Part shown: positions 10,909-20,664 of the stretch, in pieces
How positions within the stretch are numbered: the first letter of the stretch is position 1
Layout of the letters: every line of letters begins with the position of its first letter
IMG/VR virus record: IMGVR_UViG_3300034095_002552
Coordinates: 1 to 64,000 of that record
Source of the DNA: a virus
Length of the DNA stretch: 64,000 bases
Strand: one strand, 5' to 3'
The notes under the pieces: model-generated
Database searches by the model: none
Seen by the model: the letters and a program-made list of their open reading frames with translations, nothing else
What the model was told of the DNA's origin: nothing
Program-made: the position numbers and the translations under genes

Positions 10909-11498
10909 ACTCCCTCAAAATGAGGTTGATAGTTTGATGGAACGCATGTGTAAATAAATCCATTTCCTTTTTCTTCCTTACTGTTTACCCTCCACCACCT
11001 TTTTGTGTTTGATTTTGGATAAATAACACTTTCTGATTCGATTTTTAATGTCGCCCAGAATTTATAATACAAATCTTCTTCTTGTATTACAATTGACTCA
11101 AAAGAAAATGGGTTTCCATATTCAATCGAATTATATTCTTCGTTATAAAGCGAATCTGTTTTTTTCAATATTATTGCTGGTAAACAAAACATAAATGTTT
11201 TTTTTATGTCATTTTGGCCCTTAACATTTTTATCTTTTACAATGATGGCTTCTTTTTTTTCCACATCATTTATCGAATTGTTTAAAATTTCATTTTTTGT
11301 CATCTCCAACTCTTGAACAAATGTATCTTTTAAAACAAGGTTTGATTCCATCTTGTTTACAACTTGATTGTTTTTATGTTCAATCGAATTCCATTTCATA
11401 TTATGAAGAGTATAATCTGTCCATATGCTTTGATTTTTCATCAAGGCGTTTGGACTTTGCAATCTATATGTTGATCCATCTTTATTTCTAAGTACCAT
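10905..11498 (-). CDS. hypothetical protein, possible paralog of the gp14-like neck protein
   Basis: N-terminus MVLRNKDGSTY matches MLRNLDGSCY of 13468..14007. Confidence 0.5.
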   Translation of the reverse strand: MVLRNKDGSTYRLQSPNALMKNQSIWTDYTLHNMKWNSIEHKNNQVVNKMESNLVLKDTFVQELEMTKNEILNNSINDVEKKEAIIVKDKNVKGQNDIKKTFMFCLPAIILKKTDSLYNEEYNSIEYGNPFSFESIVIQEEDLYYKFWATLKIESESVIYPKSNTKRWWRVNSKEEKGNGFIYTCVPSNYQPHFEGV

Positions 11499-11619
11499 TT
11501 TTTTTTACTATTAGACTAATTTATATTAGTATCATTATTGCATCTAAAGATATTTAAATAAAAATTAGAAAAAATTTATGCATATTATCTAAATATGCTA
11601 GATAATAGGAGAAATAAAT

Positions 11620-12048
11620 ATGAGCTTACTTGTTCCTGATGTTGGTGAAATTTTAATGCTTCAGTATTTAGTAAACATGCTATCTACTGATGGAACCGCT
11701 GGACCTGCCAATGGAGGAAGACTATTAAGGTTGTTTACAAATAATCTTACACCTGTAGAGGCCACTACTTTAGCAACTGTTACCGAAGCACTAGGAGCTA
11801 CAGGATATACTCCTGTGACCTTGGTCGGTTCAAGTTGGACAACCACTCAAGTTGGCGGAACCACAACCGCAGTTTATAGCGAACAGACATTTACATTTAC
11901 TACTGCTGTTACAGTTTATGGCTATTATGTAACAAGCATTTATGGAACACCAGCCTTATTATGGCTCGAAAGATTCTCTGGTGCGCCTTTCATTTTGCCT
12001 TCTGGTGGCGGTCAAATCGCTATTTCTCCAAGAATCAGCTTGGATTAA
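11620..12048 (+). CDS. virion structural protein (Thr-rich beta protein)
   Basis: LRLFTNNLTP...TEA..GY.PVTL...W...EQTFTF...VYGYYV pattern seen in phage tail/decoration proteins; strong SD and own terminator. Confidence 0.6.
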   Translation: MSLLVPDVGEILMLQYLVNMLSTDGTAGPANGGRLLRLFTNNLTPVEATTLATVTEALGATGYTPVTLVGSSWTTTQVGGTTTAVYSEQTFTFTTAVTVYGYYVTSIYGTPALLWLERFSGAPFILPSGGGQIAISPRISLD

Positions 12049-12063
12049 AGAATTAAATTATAG

Positions 12064-12101
12064 AAAAAAGAGACTAATAAAAAATTAGTCTCTTTTTTTT
12101 T
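12064..12101. terminator. intrinsic terminator
   Basis: gagactaat-aaaaa-attagtctc flanked by A and T runs. Confidence 0.8.
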
Positions 12102-12111
12102 AAACTTCTTA

Positions 12112-12119
12112 TATAAATA
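12112..12119 (+). promoter_or_regulatory. T4-type late promoter
   Basis: TATAAATA 14 nt upstream of the 12133 start, immediately after a terminator. Confidence 0.55.
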
Positions 12120-12132
12120 AAAAGAGGTTTAT

Positions 12133-13455
12133 ATGAAATTAAAATTTAACGAATGGCTTCATGATGGAATGTTTGAAAATCGCAGTTACACCTTCTTTAT
12201 AAAAGAAAATGTAGTATCTGATCCGAGATTAGTAATATCTGATCCAAGATTGAAAATGATGGATGATCCAAGCTCTCCAATTATGTTCAATATTGAATTT
12301 GATCATAGAATTCTTCAATTTGCTAAAAAAATTGCAAGTATGCCGACTAAAGCGGATGCCAATAAAGAAATAACACATATAGATGATTTTCTAAAAGTAA
12401 AAAATCCAGAAGTAAAAAAAGCAATTAAAAATAAGGTTCCGACTGAAGTGATGGGAGGATTACCATCACATGTTTCTATGTTTCCTATAAAAAACACTTC
12501 TATTAACGATGATCATTCTTTCAAATCCGAATGTGAAAAATATATTAAAGAATTCCCAACTATAGACGCAATATATGACAAAAACAAAGATATTAATTTT
12601 TATGAAAAATTAACACAGGCAGCAAATGTAGTAAGTAATTTCACAAGACAACAAGTTAGTGCAGAAGACATAATTCAAATTATGATTGCTGGCGAAAAAA
12701 AATCTACAAAAGATCCAAAACATGTATACATGAATATAAAATTCCCTAAAGTATCTGGAACAGAAATATTCAATAAATTTAATAGTGGTGGATATGATCA
12801 GATTATTGCCAATACGATTATTGAGAGAAATAAAGAAAATTTTTCACCCAAGATGGTAGAATCTAAATGGCTATTTGCTTTTGTCGGCCAAATGAAAAAT
12901 ATTGTTAAAAAAGAATTAGACCCAGATATAAAACTAAAACAGCATCAAAGGTCAATTGCCCAATTTCAAGGTAGGGATGTATCTGCTAAAAAAGATACGA
13001 AAGATTCAGAAGATTCAGAAAATTTACAAATTGCAGAGCCTTTAAAAAGACAAGATGTAGGCGTTGAAAAGCTCTCTAAAAAAGTTGAAGAAATAATTTC
13101 AAATATTAATTCATATGATGATATTCCATATAATTCTTTGTTAAATCCGTCAAGTCCAGATGAACAATTTAAAATTCAAGCCAAATTATTTGCAACAGTA
13201 TTCAATAATGTAACAAAAAAATTAAATGAAAATAAGGGAAAGCTATCTAAATTTGTAATCGCAGAAATGAAAAAAATATTTGATGAAGCAAATATAAAAA
13301 TAAATGATGAAAGAATAAGCAGAATGAATAAACTTTATTCTGCCATTTTAGATAAAGCCGCAAGTGAATTAAATGATGATTCGATTACTAAATTTGTAAA
13401 TGTAATCAGATCTCAAAATAAAAAAGCTAGAGACCGAGGGAAAATAATTGTATGA
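12133..13455 (+). CDS. hypothetical protein, possible internal head protein
   Basis: 440 aa; N-terminus MKLKFNEWL; late promoter motif upstream. Confidence 0.6.
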   Translation: MKLKFNEWLHDGMFENRSYTFFIKENVVSDPRLVISDPRLKMMDDPSSPIMFNIEFDHRILQFAKKIASMPTKADANKEITHIDDFLKVKNPEVKKAIKNKVPTEVMGGLPSHVSMFPIKNTSINDDHSFKSECEKYIKEFPTIDAIYDKNKDINFYEKLTQAANVVSNFTRQQVSAEDIIQIMIAGEKKSTKDPKHVYMNIKFPKVSGTEIFNKFNSGGYDQIIANTIIERNKENFSPKMVESKWLFAFVGQMKNIVKKELDPDIKLKQHQRSIAQFQGRDVSAKKDTKDSEDSENLQIAEPLKRQDVGVEKLSKKVEEIISNINSYDDIPYNSLLNPSSPDEQFKIQAKLFATVFNNVTKKLNENKGKLSKFVIAEMKKIFDEANIKINDERISRMNKLYSAILDKAASELNDDSITKFVNVIRSQNKKARDRGKIIV

Positions 13456-13467
13456 GTGAGGTAAAAA

Positions 13468-14007
13468 TTGCTTCGTAACTTAGATGGATCATGCTATAAA
13501 TCTGTTGGTAGCTTTCAACAATATAATCCAGAAGCACCAGAACATGATCTTTTCAATCAATGGGATCAAGAGTCTATCATGCGTGGTGGATCTCCATTTT
13601 ATTATTATGAAGTATTTATTCAAAACCAAACCATAGATCCTCTTTATCTTGAAGACAGAGGTAAAATATTTTCGAACAATCCAGTAATGTTATGGTGCAA
13701 TTACGAGCCTATTCCATCACAAAATGAATTGACTCAATTCGGCATTGATTCACCTGATGAAATGAGATTTGAAGTAAATTATAGAACAACTTTAAAAACA
13801 ATAGGACATCCACCAAAAATTGGATCGAGAGTTTTTACACCACATCTCCAAGAAAATTGGGTAATCATCCAAAGAAACTTGGGAGAATTTAAACTTTGGG
13901 GTTCCTTGCGGCTTGAATTGATTTGCCAAAGATTCCAAGAGTCTGTTACTACTGGAGAAGGTGAAGTCACTCAAAAACAACCAGATGTTAAAATTAAAAT
14001 TGTATAG
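13468..14007 (+). CDS. neck/head-closure protein, T4 gp14-like
   Basis: ESIMRGG...YYY...IDPLYLED...LTQFGIDSPDE...PKIGSRVF motifs; TTG start with GAGGT SD. Confidence 0.7.
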   Translation: MLRNLDGSCYKSVGSFQQYNPEAPEHDLFNQWDQESIMRGGSPFYYYEVFIQNQTIDPLYLEDRGKIFSNNPVMLWCNYEPIPSQNELTQFGIDSPDEMRFEVNYRTTLKTIGHPPKIGSRVFTPHLQENWVIIQRNLGEFKLWGSLRLELICQRFQESVTTGEGEVTQKQPDVKIKIV

Positions 14008-14016
14008 GAGATAAAA

Positions 14017-14493
14017 ATGCAGTCATTTTTTGAATTTTTTGAAAAGATTCGTGCAGAAAAAAGGTTTTACGAACAAGATGCTCAACCACAACAACCACAG
14101 CAAGACGCTCAACCACAACAGCCAGATATGCAAACCGCACCAGATGCGACACCAGAAGAAACAAATGATAAGGCCCAATCACAAGATGATAGCCAAAATC
14201 AACTTTCTGAGCCAGCACACGATCCAAAATTAGTAGAACTTATAAAGACTATCAAAGATGCAATGCCAGATTTAAAGCCAGCAAGTAAAACAATGTTGAA
14301 AGAACTTCTAGACAAACTTTCATCTCCAGAAGAAGAAACAAAAGATGATAAAGGACAGCAATCGGATCAAGGACAGCAATCAGATCAAGGACAGCAACAA
14401 TCGGCAATGCAGCCAGCACAACAGCCAGCACAACAGCCAGCATTTGATTTGCAAGCAGCACCAATTGGTGGTCAAGATCCTAATGCACAATAG
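14017..14493 (+). CDS. Gln/Asp-rich low-complexity protein, possible internal head protein
   Basis: MQSFFEFFEK N-terminus; QDAQPQQP, GQQSDQ and QPAQ repeats. Confidence 0.6.
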   Translation: MQSFFEFFEKIRAEKRFYEQDAQPQQPQQDAQPQQPDMQTAPDATPEETNDKAQSQDDSQNQLSEPAHDPKLVELIKTIKDAMPDLKPASKTMLKELLDKLSSPEEETKDDKGQQSDQGQQSDQGQQQSAMQPAQQPAQQPAFDLQAAPIGGQDPNAQ

Positions 14494-14600
14494 TTGATTT
14501 GCTGTCGGAAAAAATTTTCTTATCGATATTAAAAAATATACGAAGTGGAATTTTAGGAATTTTAAGCCTTGGATATCCTGTAAATATCAAAGGCTTAAAT

Positions 14601-15449
14601 TCACTTTGTCTCTTTTTTAGTTTGAATGGTTTTATTTTCATTTTTTATAAGTTTTCTTTTAATTTTAGATTTTGGATTATCTTTAATGCTTTCTAAATGT
14701 TCTTTCACAAAAGGACAACCATGCTTAGAAGCTAAAGATCCAAGTTTCTTATATTTATCATCAAATTTATAACCTTCATCTGATTTCCAAGAATGACCAT
14801 AAATTTTTCTAGCTTCATCAGTCAAAATTTTATCTTGCACGAGTCTGCTAAAAATTTCATTTTGCGTCATCTCATTTATATCATAGTGTACTTTTTTCGG
14901 TAAAATCAAAATTTGAGCATATGGTTCATCTTGTCTAAAAATACATTTTTGACCCTCACTTGGATTTTTGAATACTACAAAAAATATTTTAGGCCACCAG
15001 CTTGTTTGCAGATGACCAGCAACAGCAATTGGAACTGTATTTGTGCTATCTGTATAAAATCTTGGATGTGGCTCAATTCTAAGAATCATATCATCTGGAA
15101 CCTGTATATCCACACAACTAGTCATGCCAAAATGACCATCTGCGAATTTCATAAATGGCGGTAAAACAACATTATCCTTACCTACTATCTTGTTTTCTTC
15201 TGTAAAATCTCCTTCAAACAACAATTCCCCATTCTTCATCTTTACATGACATTCAGTTGAAAATGGATAAACAAGTTCAAGACCATAAGTCGAGGCTTCA
15301 ACAAAAGGCTGGCAATGCCAAGGTTGAGCCTTTGATCCATTTTCATGAGTCAAATCAGATCCAGCCCAACCGGGTATTTGTAATTTTATTGGTTTTGGAG
15401 ATTTTCCCAAATGCCATGTACGATACTTAACTCTAATACTTTCAGACAT
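14601..15449 (-). CDS. DUF6065-like protein (dUTPase-like fold, putative)
   Basis: HCQPFVEASTYGLELVYP and FRQDEPYAQILILP motifs; probable start 15449. Confidence 0.5.
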   Translation of the reverse strand: MSESIRVKYRTWHLGKSPKPIKLQIPGWAGSDLTHENGSKAQPWHCQPFVEASTYGLELVYPFSTECHVKMKNGELLFEGDFTEENKIVGKDNVVLPPFMKFADGHFGMTSCVDIQVPDDMILRIEPHPRFYTDSTNTVPIAVAGHLQTSWWPKIFFVVFKNPSEGQKCIFRQDEPYAQILILPKKVHYDINEMTQNEIFSRLVQDKILTDEARKIYGHSWKSDEGYKFDDKYKKLGSLASKHGCPFVKEHLESIKDNPKSKIKRKLIKNENKTIQTKKETK

Positions 15450-15489
15450 TTTTTGTTGTCTCCCTAATAGATAATACCAAAGGAAAAAA

Positions 15490-16476
15490 ATGAACGATAT
15501 CAATCACCCATCAAAAGGCCTCAACGAATGCAATGACAAGAGTCCAATAAATTATAACCCAAATTTGGACATAATGCCAGACAACTGTAATCTTGATCCA
15601 ACAAATTCCAGAAATGTAAATGACGAAACATTAAATTGGCTAAAAGATACGACAAATAAAAAAGTTGGTTTGGGTGCTGCCAATCTTTGCGACCCTGTTC
15701 AAAAAGGATCAATCATCAATGATCCGAACAACCCAGATAAATCAACAATTTATAGATACTCAAAAGCAAAAAGAGCTTGTGATGATGCAATGCGTGATCT
15801 TTTTACAGACATTATAGTAATCGATGAAAATGGAAAAGCTCATCCAATTCCAATTATATGGGGAACAAAAGAAAAAGCTGTTGCTGCGATTCTTTTAGAC
15901 AATGTTCGCAAAGACGAAACACTGGTGGTAGATAGAATCAAATTGCCTATGTTGGCAGTTCATGATTCTGATATTCAATTTGCAATAAATAGATATGTGT
16001 ACCATAAAGCATTAGACTATAGAAGATATTTAAGAGAAGATAATAAACCTGGATTTACAATAAGCGAAAAATATAATAGAGATACAATTTTTGGATTTGC
16101 AAGAGGGATACCAGTAGATATATCTTACACCTTGAATGTTTGGACATTGTATCAAGAAGATATGAATCAAATTTTAGAACAAATCTTGTTAAAATTTAGT
16201 CAAACTGCATATATAAAAGTGACAGGTGTGCCTTATGAGGTAATTGTAAAATTAGAATCTATTGCAAATAACTTGGACTACGAGCCAGGAGATCAAGCAA
16301 TTAGAGTCATAAAATATCAGTTTAATATGACAACTGAGACATTTATACCTCAACCTATAAGCAGAAAGAAAGCAGTCCTCAAAACCAAATTTGATTTTGT
16401 AGATGGGCTTAATGAAAATGAGATTAGTGAGGTTATGGCGAGATTGGAAGAGAATGTAAAGGAACTTAAATGTTAG
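15490..16476 (+). CDS. tail terminator / sheath stabilizer, T4 gp15-like
   Basis: PIPIIWGTKEK, IKLPML, PVDISYTLNVWT...DMNQILEQILLKF motifs; upstream of the sheath gene. Confidence 0.8.
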   Translation: MNDINHPSKGLNECNDKSPINYNPNLDIMPDNCNLDPTNSRNVNDETLNWLKDTTNKKVGLGAANLCDPVQKGSIINDPNNPDKSTIYRYSKAKRACDDAMRDLFTDIIVIDENGKAHPIPIIWGTKEKAVAAILLDNVRKDETLVVDRIKLPMLAVHDSDIQFAINRYVYHKALDYRRYLREDNKPGFTISEKYNRDTIFGFARGIPVDISYTLNVWTLYQEDMNQILEQILLKFSQTAYIKVTGVPYEVIVKLESIANNLDYEPGDQAIRVIKYQFNMTTETFIPQPISRKKAVLKTKFDFVDGLNENEISEVMARLEENVKELKC

Positions 16477-16697
16477 AGATAAAAAACACGCAAAGATTTC
16501 CAGTCCAACTTATCATACGATCAAGAAAGGCACCACGCTCTTTCACGGTTTTAAATATTCCCGGCATTGGAGGCGGAAAAAATATTTTTTTGCTAGAAGA
16601 TGAAAGGGCAACTGAGTATATAGACAGAGCAGTTAATGACGGATTGATTTCTGTCAGGCAAATATCAAACAATATTATGTTAACAAAGGGAGAATAA
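16470..16697 (+). CDS. hypothetical protein
   Basis: 75 aa ORF coupled between the gp15-like and sheath genes. Confidence 0.65.
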   Translation: MLEIKNTQRFPVQLIIRSRKAPRSFTVLNIPGIGGGKNIFLLEDERATEYIDRAVNDGLISVRQISNNIMLTKGE

Positions 16698-16701
16698 GAC
16701 T

Positions 16702-19077
16702 ATGGCAATATTAAGAGGGTTTCCTCCATCGAACACAATCAGTCCTAGCGTTAGAATTGCTGAAAAAGATTTAAGCTATGTAGCACCAGAACAAACACTT
16801 CATCGTGCCGCACTTATTGGTTTTGCTAGCAAAGGCCCAGTAAATATTCCTACGATTATTTCTAATAGTCGTGCGTTAAGAACCATATTTGGAAATCCTC
16901 ATCCTCAAAGCGGAGATCCATATTTGATCTACGCAGCAGAACAATACCTCTTGGTAGCAAATGAACTTTATATTGTTCGTGTTGCTGATACCGATCCAGT
17001 AAGTGATGAATGTGCAACAATAGCAGAAGTTGATGTTCCTGCTGCTGGTACAATCATTAATGTCATCTCTGATACCGCTGGACCTTATGTTTTCGATCAA
17101 GACTCCTTCTTCCGATGGAGATTAAATGGTGTTCTCAGCAATAAAACCTTAGTAGTGTTGGAAAATCACCCTGTCTATGGTGTTAACTATTCTGTTGAAG
17201 AATTAGTGACTACCCTTAATGATCAACTTGATATTGACAATGATGGTATTGAATTTTACAAAAGTGCTACAGACACAATTGCAGTGAGAACAGTTTGGGC
17301 ATATGGCCCAGAAGCCGAATTTGAATTGGTCTCAGTACAAAATGCTATCTATGGTGGTGCAGTAATTGATGGCAATCCAACTGGTCTTGGAACCGGAATG
17401 ACTCAAGCAACCACAACTGGATCTATGGAAATGTATCCTGATGTTGCTTATCAAACCCCAGGCGATTATGATTTCACTGGTCTTACTGGACTTAATATTC
17501 AGTTGGTTTTAGACGGAACAGACAATGTTTTAATTGATAATGTTGTTCAAGTAATTAGTTTGGAAGACTTTGAAGGTGGCGTAGCTGATATTGATAATAT
17601 TATAACCAACATTAACAATCAACGAGTTTCTGGTGGCGGTACACTTCCGGGCGGTTGGATTGTAGAAAAAGTTGGAGATGGTAATTTAAAGATTTCTACA
17701 TTACATCATGGTCGTGATGCTCGTTTTCGCATTAAGCCAGATAGCACAGCAGCAGGAATATTCGGACTATCTACCTTAACAAAATCTGGAGATAGCCCTA
17801 GTGGTGTAACTGGTAATACTGCTAGTGAAAGTTATGGCAGAATTAATGGTGGTGTTAACGATGGCACAATGACCTTTACCATTACCGCAGAAACTGTTGG
17901 TATAGATGGCGATTATACTCAAGTTGTAGTCAAGACTAATACTCGTGATTCTAATTGGATATTTGAAGTTTATAATAATGGCGCACAAGTTGAATCTTGG
18001 GGTCAGCTTACAAAAAATGACACTAGCACATTCTATGTCGGAAGCTATCTCTCTCTTGTTTCTGACTATATTCGTGTAATTGATAATACTGCGACTACTG
18101 CTGGTCCTGCTGATGGTACTTATGACCTTACAGGTGGTTCAGATGGTATTCCTTCTGATCCAGATAAACAAGACTCTTTGTTGATCGGTAGTTCTGTTGG
18201 ATATAATGGGATCTATGCAGTAAGTGAATCAGAACAAATTGATATCGATCTTATCGCAGTTCCGGGTCATAGTAGCACAAGCGTTGTGACCGAACTTTTA
18301 TATATGTGTCAAAACTTCCGTCAAGATTGTATGGCTATTATCGATAGTCCATTTGGTCTAACTGTAAGTGAAATCGTGTCATGGCAGAATGGAACTCATC
18401 CTTTGAACTCCACACGATTTGATAGTGATTTTGGTGCCTTGTACTGGCCTTGGGTTAAAATTCGTGACAATTACAATCGTGTAGATGTATGGTGTCCACC
18501 TAGTGGATCTGTAATGGCAGTATATGCTAGAAGTGATAGTTTAGCTCGCCCTTGGTTTGCTCCAGCAGGTTTACTCAGAGGTTTGGTTCCAAACATTACT
18601 GATGTATACGCTAGACCAACTCAGGAAGAAAGAGACTTAATGTATGGTTATAGAAACTGTATTAATCCTATTATTACATTTGCCGATACAGATGGTTTCG
18701 TTGTTTGGGGCCAAAAAACTATGCAACGAAGACCTACTGCTCTTGATAGGGTAAATGTTCGCAGAATGATGTTTTATATTGAAAAGCAAATTAAAACTAG
18801 AAGCAAGGGATTGTTGTTTGATCCACATGATGATGTGTTCACAAGCAACTTTATCAGTCTTGCCACTAAAGTTCTTCAAGAAGTTCAAACGGCTAGAGGC
18901 ATAACGGCATTTATCGTGAAAGCTGATGCTGAACTTAATACTTCTGATGTAATAGATAGAAATGAATTTAGGGCTAGAATTGGTGTTCAGCCTACAAGAG
19001 CAGTTGAATTTATGTTCCTTGAATTTAGTATTCATCGAACTGGTAGTAACTTTAGTGAAACTACTGACGCATTCTAA
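16702..19077 (+). CDS. contractile tail sheath protein, gp18-like
   Basis: SPSVRIAEKD N-terminus, ALYWPW, PWFAPAG, INPI, VVWGQKT, ALDRVNVRR, IGVQPTRAVEF. Confidence 0.95.
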   Translation: MAILRGFPPSNTISPSVRIAEKDLSYVAPEQTLHRAALIGFASKGPVNIPTIISNSRALRTIFGNPHPQSGDPYLIYAAEQYLLVANELYIVRVADTDPVSDECATIAEVDVPAAGTIINVISDTAGPYVFDQDSFFRWRLNGVLSNKTLVVLENHPVYGVNYSVEELVTTLNDQLDIDNDGIEFYKSATDTIAVRTVWAYGPEAEFELVSVQNAIYGGAVIDGNPTGLGTGMTQATTTGSMEMYPDVAYQTPGDYDFTGLTGLNIQLVLDGTDNVLIDNVVQVISLEDFEGGVADIDNIITNINNQRVSGGGTLPGGWIVEKVGDGNLKISTLHHGRDARFRIKPDSTAAGIFGLSTLTKSGDSPSGVTGNTASESYGRINGGVNDGTMTFTITAETVGIDGDYTQVVVKTNTRDSNWIFEVYNNGAQVESWGQLTKNDTSTFYVGSYLSLVSDYIRVIDNTATTAGPADGTYDLTGGSDGIPSDPDKQDSLLIGSSVGYNGIYAVSESEQIDIDLIAVPGHSSTSVVTELLYMCQNFRQDCMAIIDSPFGLTVSEIVSWQNGTHPLNSTRFDSDFGALYWPWVKIRDNYNRVDVWCPPSGSVMAVYARSDSLARPWFAPAGLLRGLVPNITDVYARPTQEERDLMYGYRNCINPIITFADTDGFVVWGQKTMQRRPTALDRVNVRRMMFYIEKQIKTRSKGLLFDPHDDVFTSNFISLATKVLQEVQTARGITAFIVKADAELNTSDVIDRNEFRARIGVQPTRAVEFMFLEFSIHRTGSNFSETTDAF

Positions 19078-19099
19078 TTTTTAAAAGGAGAATTTTAAA

Positions 19100-19738
19100 A
19101 TGGCAAATATGGATTTGGGAATTTTAGCTTCCGACCCACAACTAGTTTTTAAAAGAAAATATAGATGGACTTTTGCACTAAGGTGGAACGGTCAAGACAT
19201 CCCAGAAAACTTTGTTAAATTGGCAAGTCGTCCCAACTTGACAATCGAAGAAACGGAAATCAATTACCTTCATGGTAAAATGTGGATTCCTGGTAAAGCA
19301 ACTTGGGAAAGCATTACTGTAACATTCTATGATGTTGCAAGTAATAGCACTAACAGCATTACCCCTCTTTATTCGTGGCTTGCATCAATCTACAATTTTC
19401 AATCTCAGAGTCCTTCCGATTCCATGAAACAGACTACCATTCAAGGTAGTTCTGAGACTGGTGGCTGGTCTGGTTCTGGTAAGTTGACAATGTATGATGG
19501 TTGTGGCAACCCTATGGAAACATGGCATTTAGATGGTGTATGGCCATCTGCTATCAACTTTGGTGATCTCGACTATAGCTCTTCAGAAGAAGCAACTGTA
19601 GAATGCACCTTGCGTTACTATAAAGCTCGTTACGAAGCTAGAGGCTGTACTCGTCCTCCTCAACCAGTTTGTATTGGTTGCGGCCCTGGTGGTGCTGCTG
19701 GTAGTCCTTTTGCAAATGGTGCTGGCCCAATAATCTAA
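19100..19738 (+). CDS. tail tube protein, gp19-like
   Basis: KRKYRW...RPNLTIEETEI...PGKATWESITVTFYD...GVWPSAINFGDLDYSSSE; follows the sheath gene. Confidence 0.9.
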   Translation: MANMDLGILASDPQLVFKRKYRWTFALRWNGQDIPENFVKLASRPNLTIEETEINYLHGKMWIPGKATWESITVTFYDVASNSTNSITPLYSWLASIYNFQSQSPSDSMKQTTIQGSSETGGWSGSGKLTMYDGCGNPMETWHLDGVWPSAINFGDLDYSSSEEATVECTLRYYKARYEARGCTRPPQPVCIGCGPGGAAGSPFANGAGPII

Positions 19739-19779
19739 TCAAACTTTTTATAAATTTTATAAAATCCTTTTAAAAATTT

Positions 19780-19817
19780 ATAAGCTCCATATCTTTTATA
19801 GATATGGAGCTTATTTT
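19780..19817 (+). terminator. intrinsic terminator
   Basis: 14 bp stem ataagctccatatc/gatatggagcttat followed by Ts. Confidence 0.7.
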
Positions 19818-19835
19818 ACATAAGGCGGAATAATT

Positions 19836-20336
19836 ATGGCTCAAATCATGGGATTTGATTTTGGACTTGAAAAAACAGACACATGCTTCAAAAGAAAAAA
19901 TAGATGGTTATTAAAAATACCAGATGTTTCTGCTACTGGTGTCGATACATTGCCTCCGACTAAATCTGCAAGACCTAGTTTGACCTATAAAACTATAGAA
20001 GCACAGCACATGCAAGAAACAATTTACTTTCCAGCAAAGCCAGAATGGAAGCCAATAACTTTAACTCTATTTGATCTTAAGAAAAATGAAAATCCTATTA
20101 TAACATGGATCAAACTTATTTATCCAGCAGAAGCAACCAAAGGTAGAGGAGAAGGTTATAAAAAAGATGCAACTCTTGAACTTTATGATGGGTGTGGAGA
20201 AGTAATTGAAAAATGGGTATTTGAAAATACATTTATTGAAAATGTAGAATTTGGAGAATTAGATCATAGCGATGCAGGTGTTATCTATATAGACCTTACG
20301 CTAAGATATGACAGAGCTTATTACGAGCCAGTCTAA
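19836..20336 (+). CDS. second tail tube-like protein
   Basis: paralog of 19100..19738: FKRKNRW, RPSLTY, PEWKPITLTLFD, YDGCG, FGELD, TLRYD. Confidence 0.85.
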   Translation: MAQIMGFDFGLEKTDTCFKRKNRWLLKIPDVSATGVDTLPPTKSARPSLTYKTIEAQHMQETIYFPAKPEWKPITLTLFDLKKNENPIITWIKLIYPAEATKGRGEGYKKDATLELYDGCGEVIEKWVFENTFIENVEFGELDHSDAGVIYIDLTLRYDRAYYEPV

Positions 20337-20590
20337 TCATCTTCTTCATCTTCGGAACTAGAAAAATAAAGATCATTTTTTAGAATATCTTTACAAGCTT
20401 CTAAGGCCTGTTCTAATTCTTTAGGCTTCCAGCCAAGAACTCTACAAGCTCCACTTTTGTTAAGTCTTCCCTTTTTGGTATACACATCTTTTTCATTACT
20501 AAGCAAAGCATCTATTAAAGGTGCGTATCCTTTGCCTATAAGTTTGTCAATTAACTCTTGCTTTTCCAACTGTTCAATTAAATTGCTCAT
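20333..20590 (-). CDS. small HTH-like protein
   Basis: GRLNKSGACRVLGWKPKELEQAL helix-turn-helix-like segment and acidic tail. Confidence 0.55.
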   Translation of the reverse strand: MSNLIEQLEKQELIDKLIGKGYAPLIDALLSNEKDVYTKKGRLNKSGACRVLGWKPKELEQALEACKDILKNDLYFSSSEDEEDD

Positions 20591-20598
20591 TTAGTGAC

Positions 20599-20634
20599 CT
20601 ATAAATAGTGGCGTACAATATCCACTATTTATAG
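20599..20634. promoter_or_regulatory. perfect 13 bp inverted repeat containing two facing TATAAATA motifs
   Basis: ctataaatagtgg-N10-ccactatttatag. Confidence 0.55.
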
Positions 20635-20664
20635 TATATGTACTATAAAAATAATTTTCAATAT

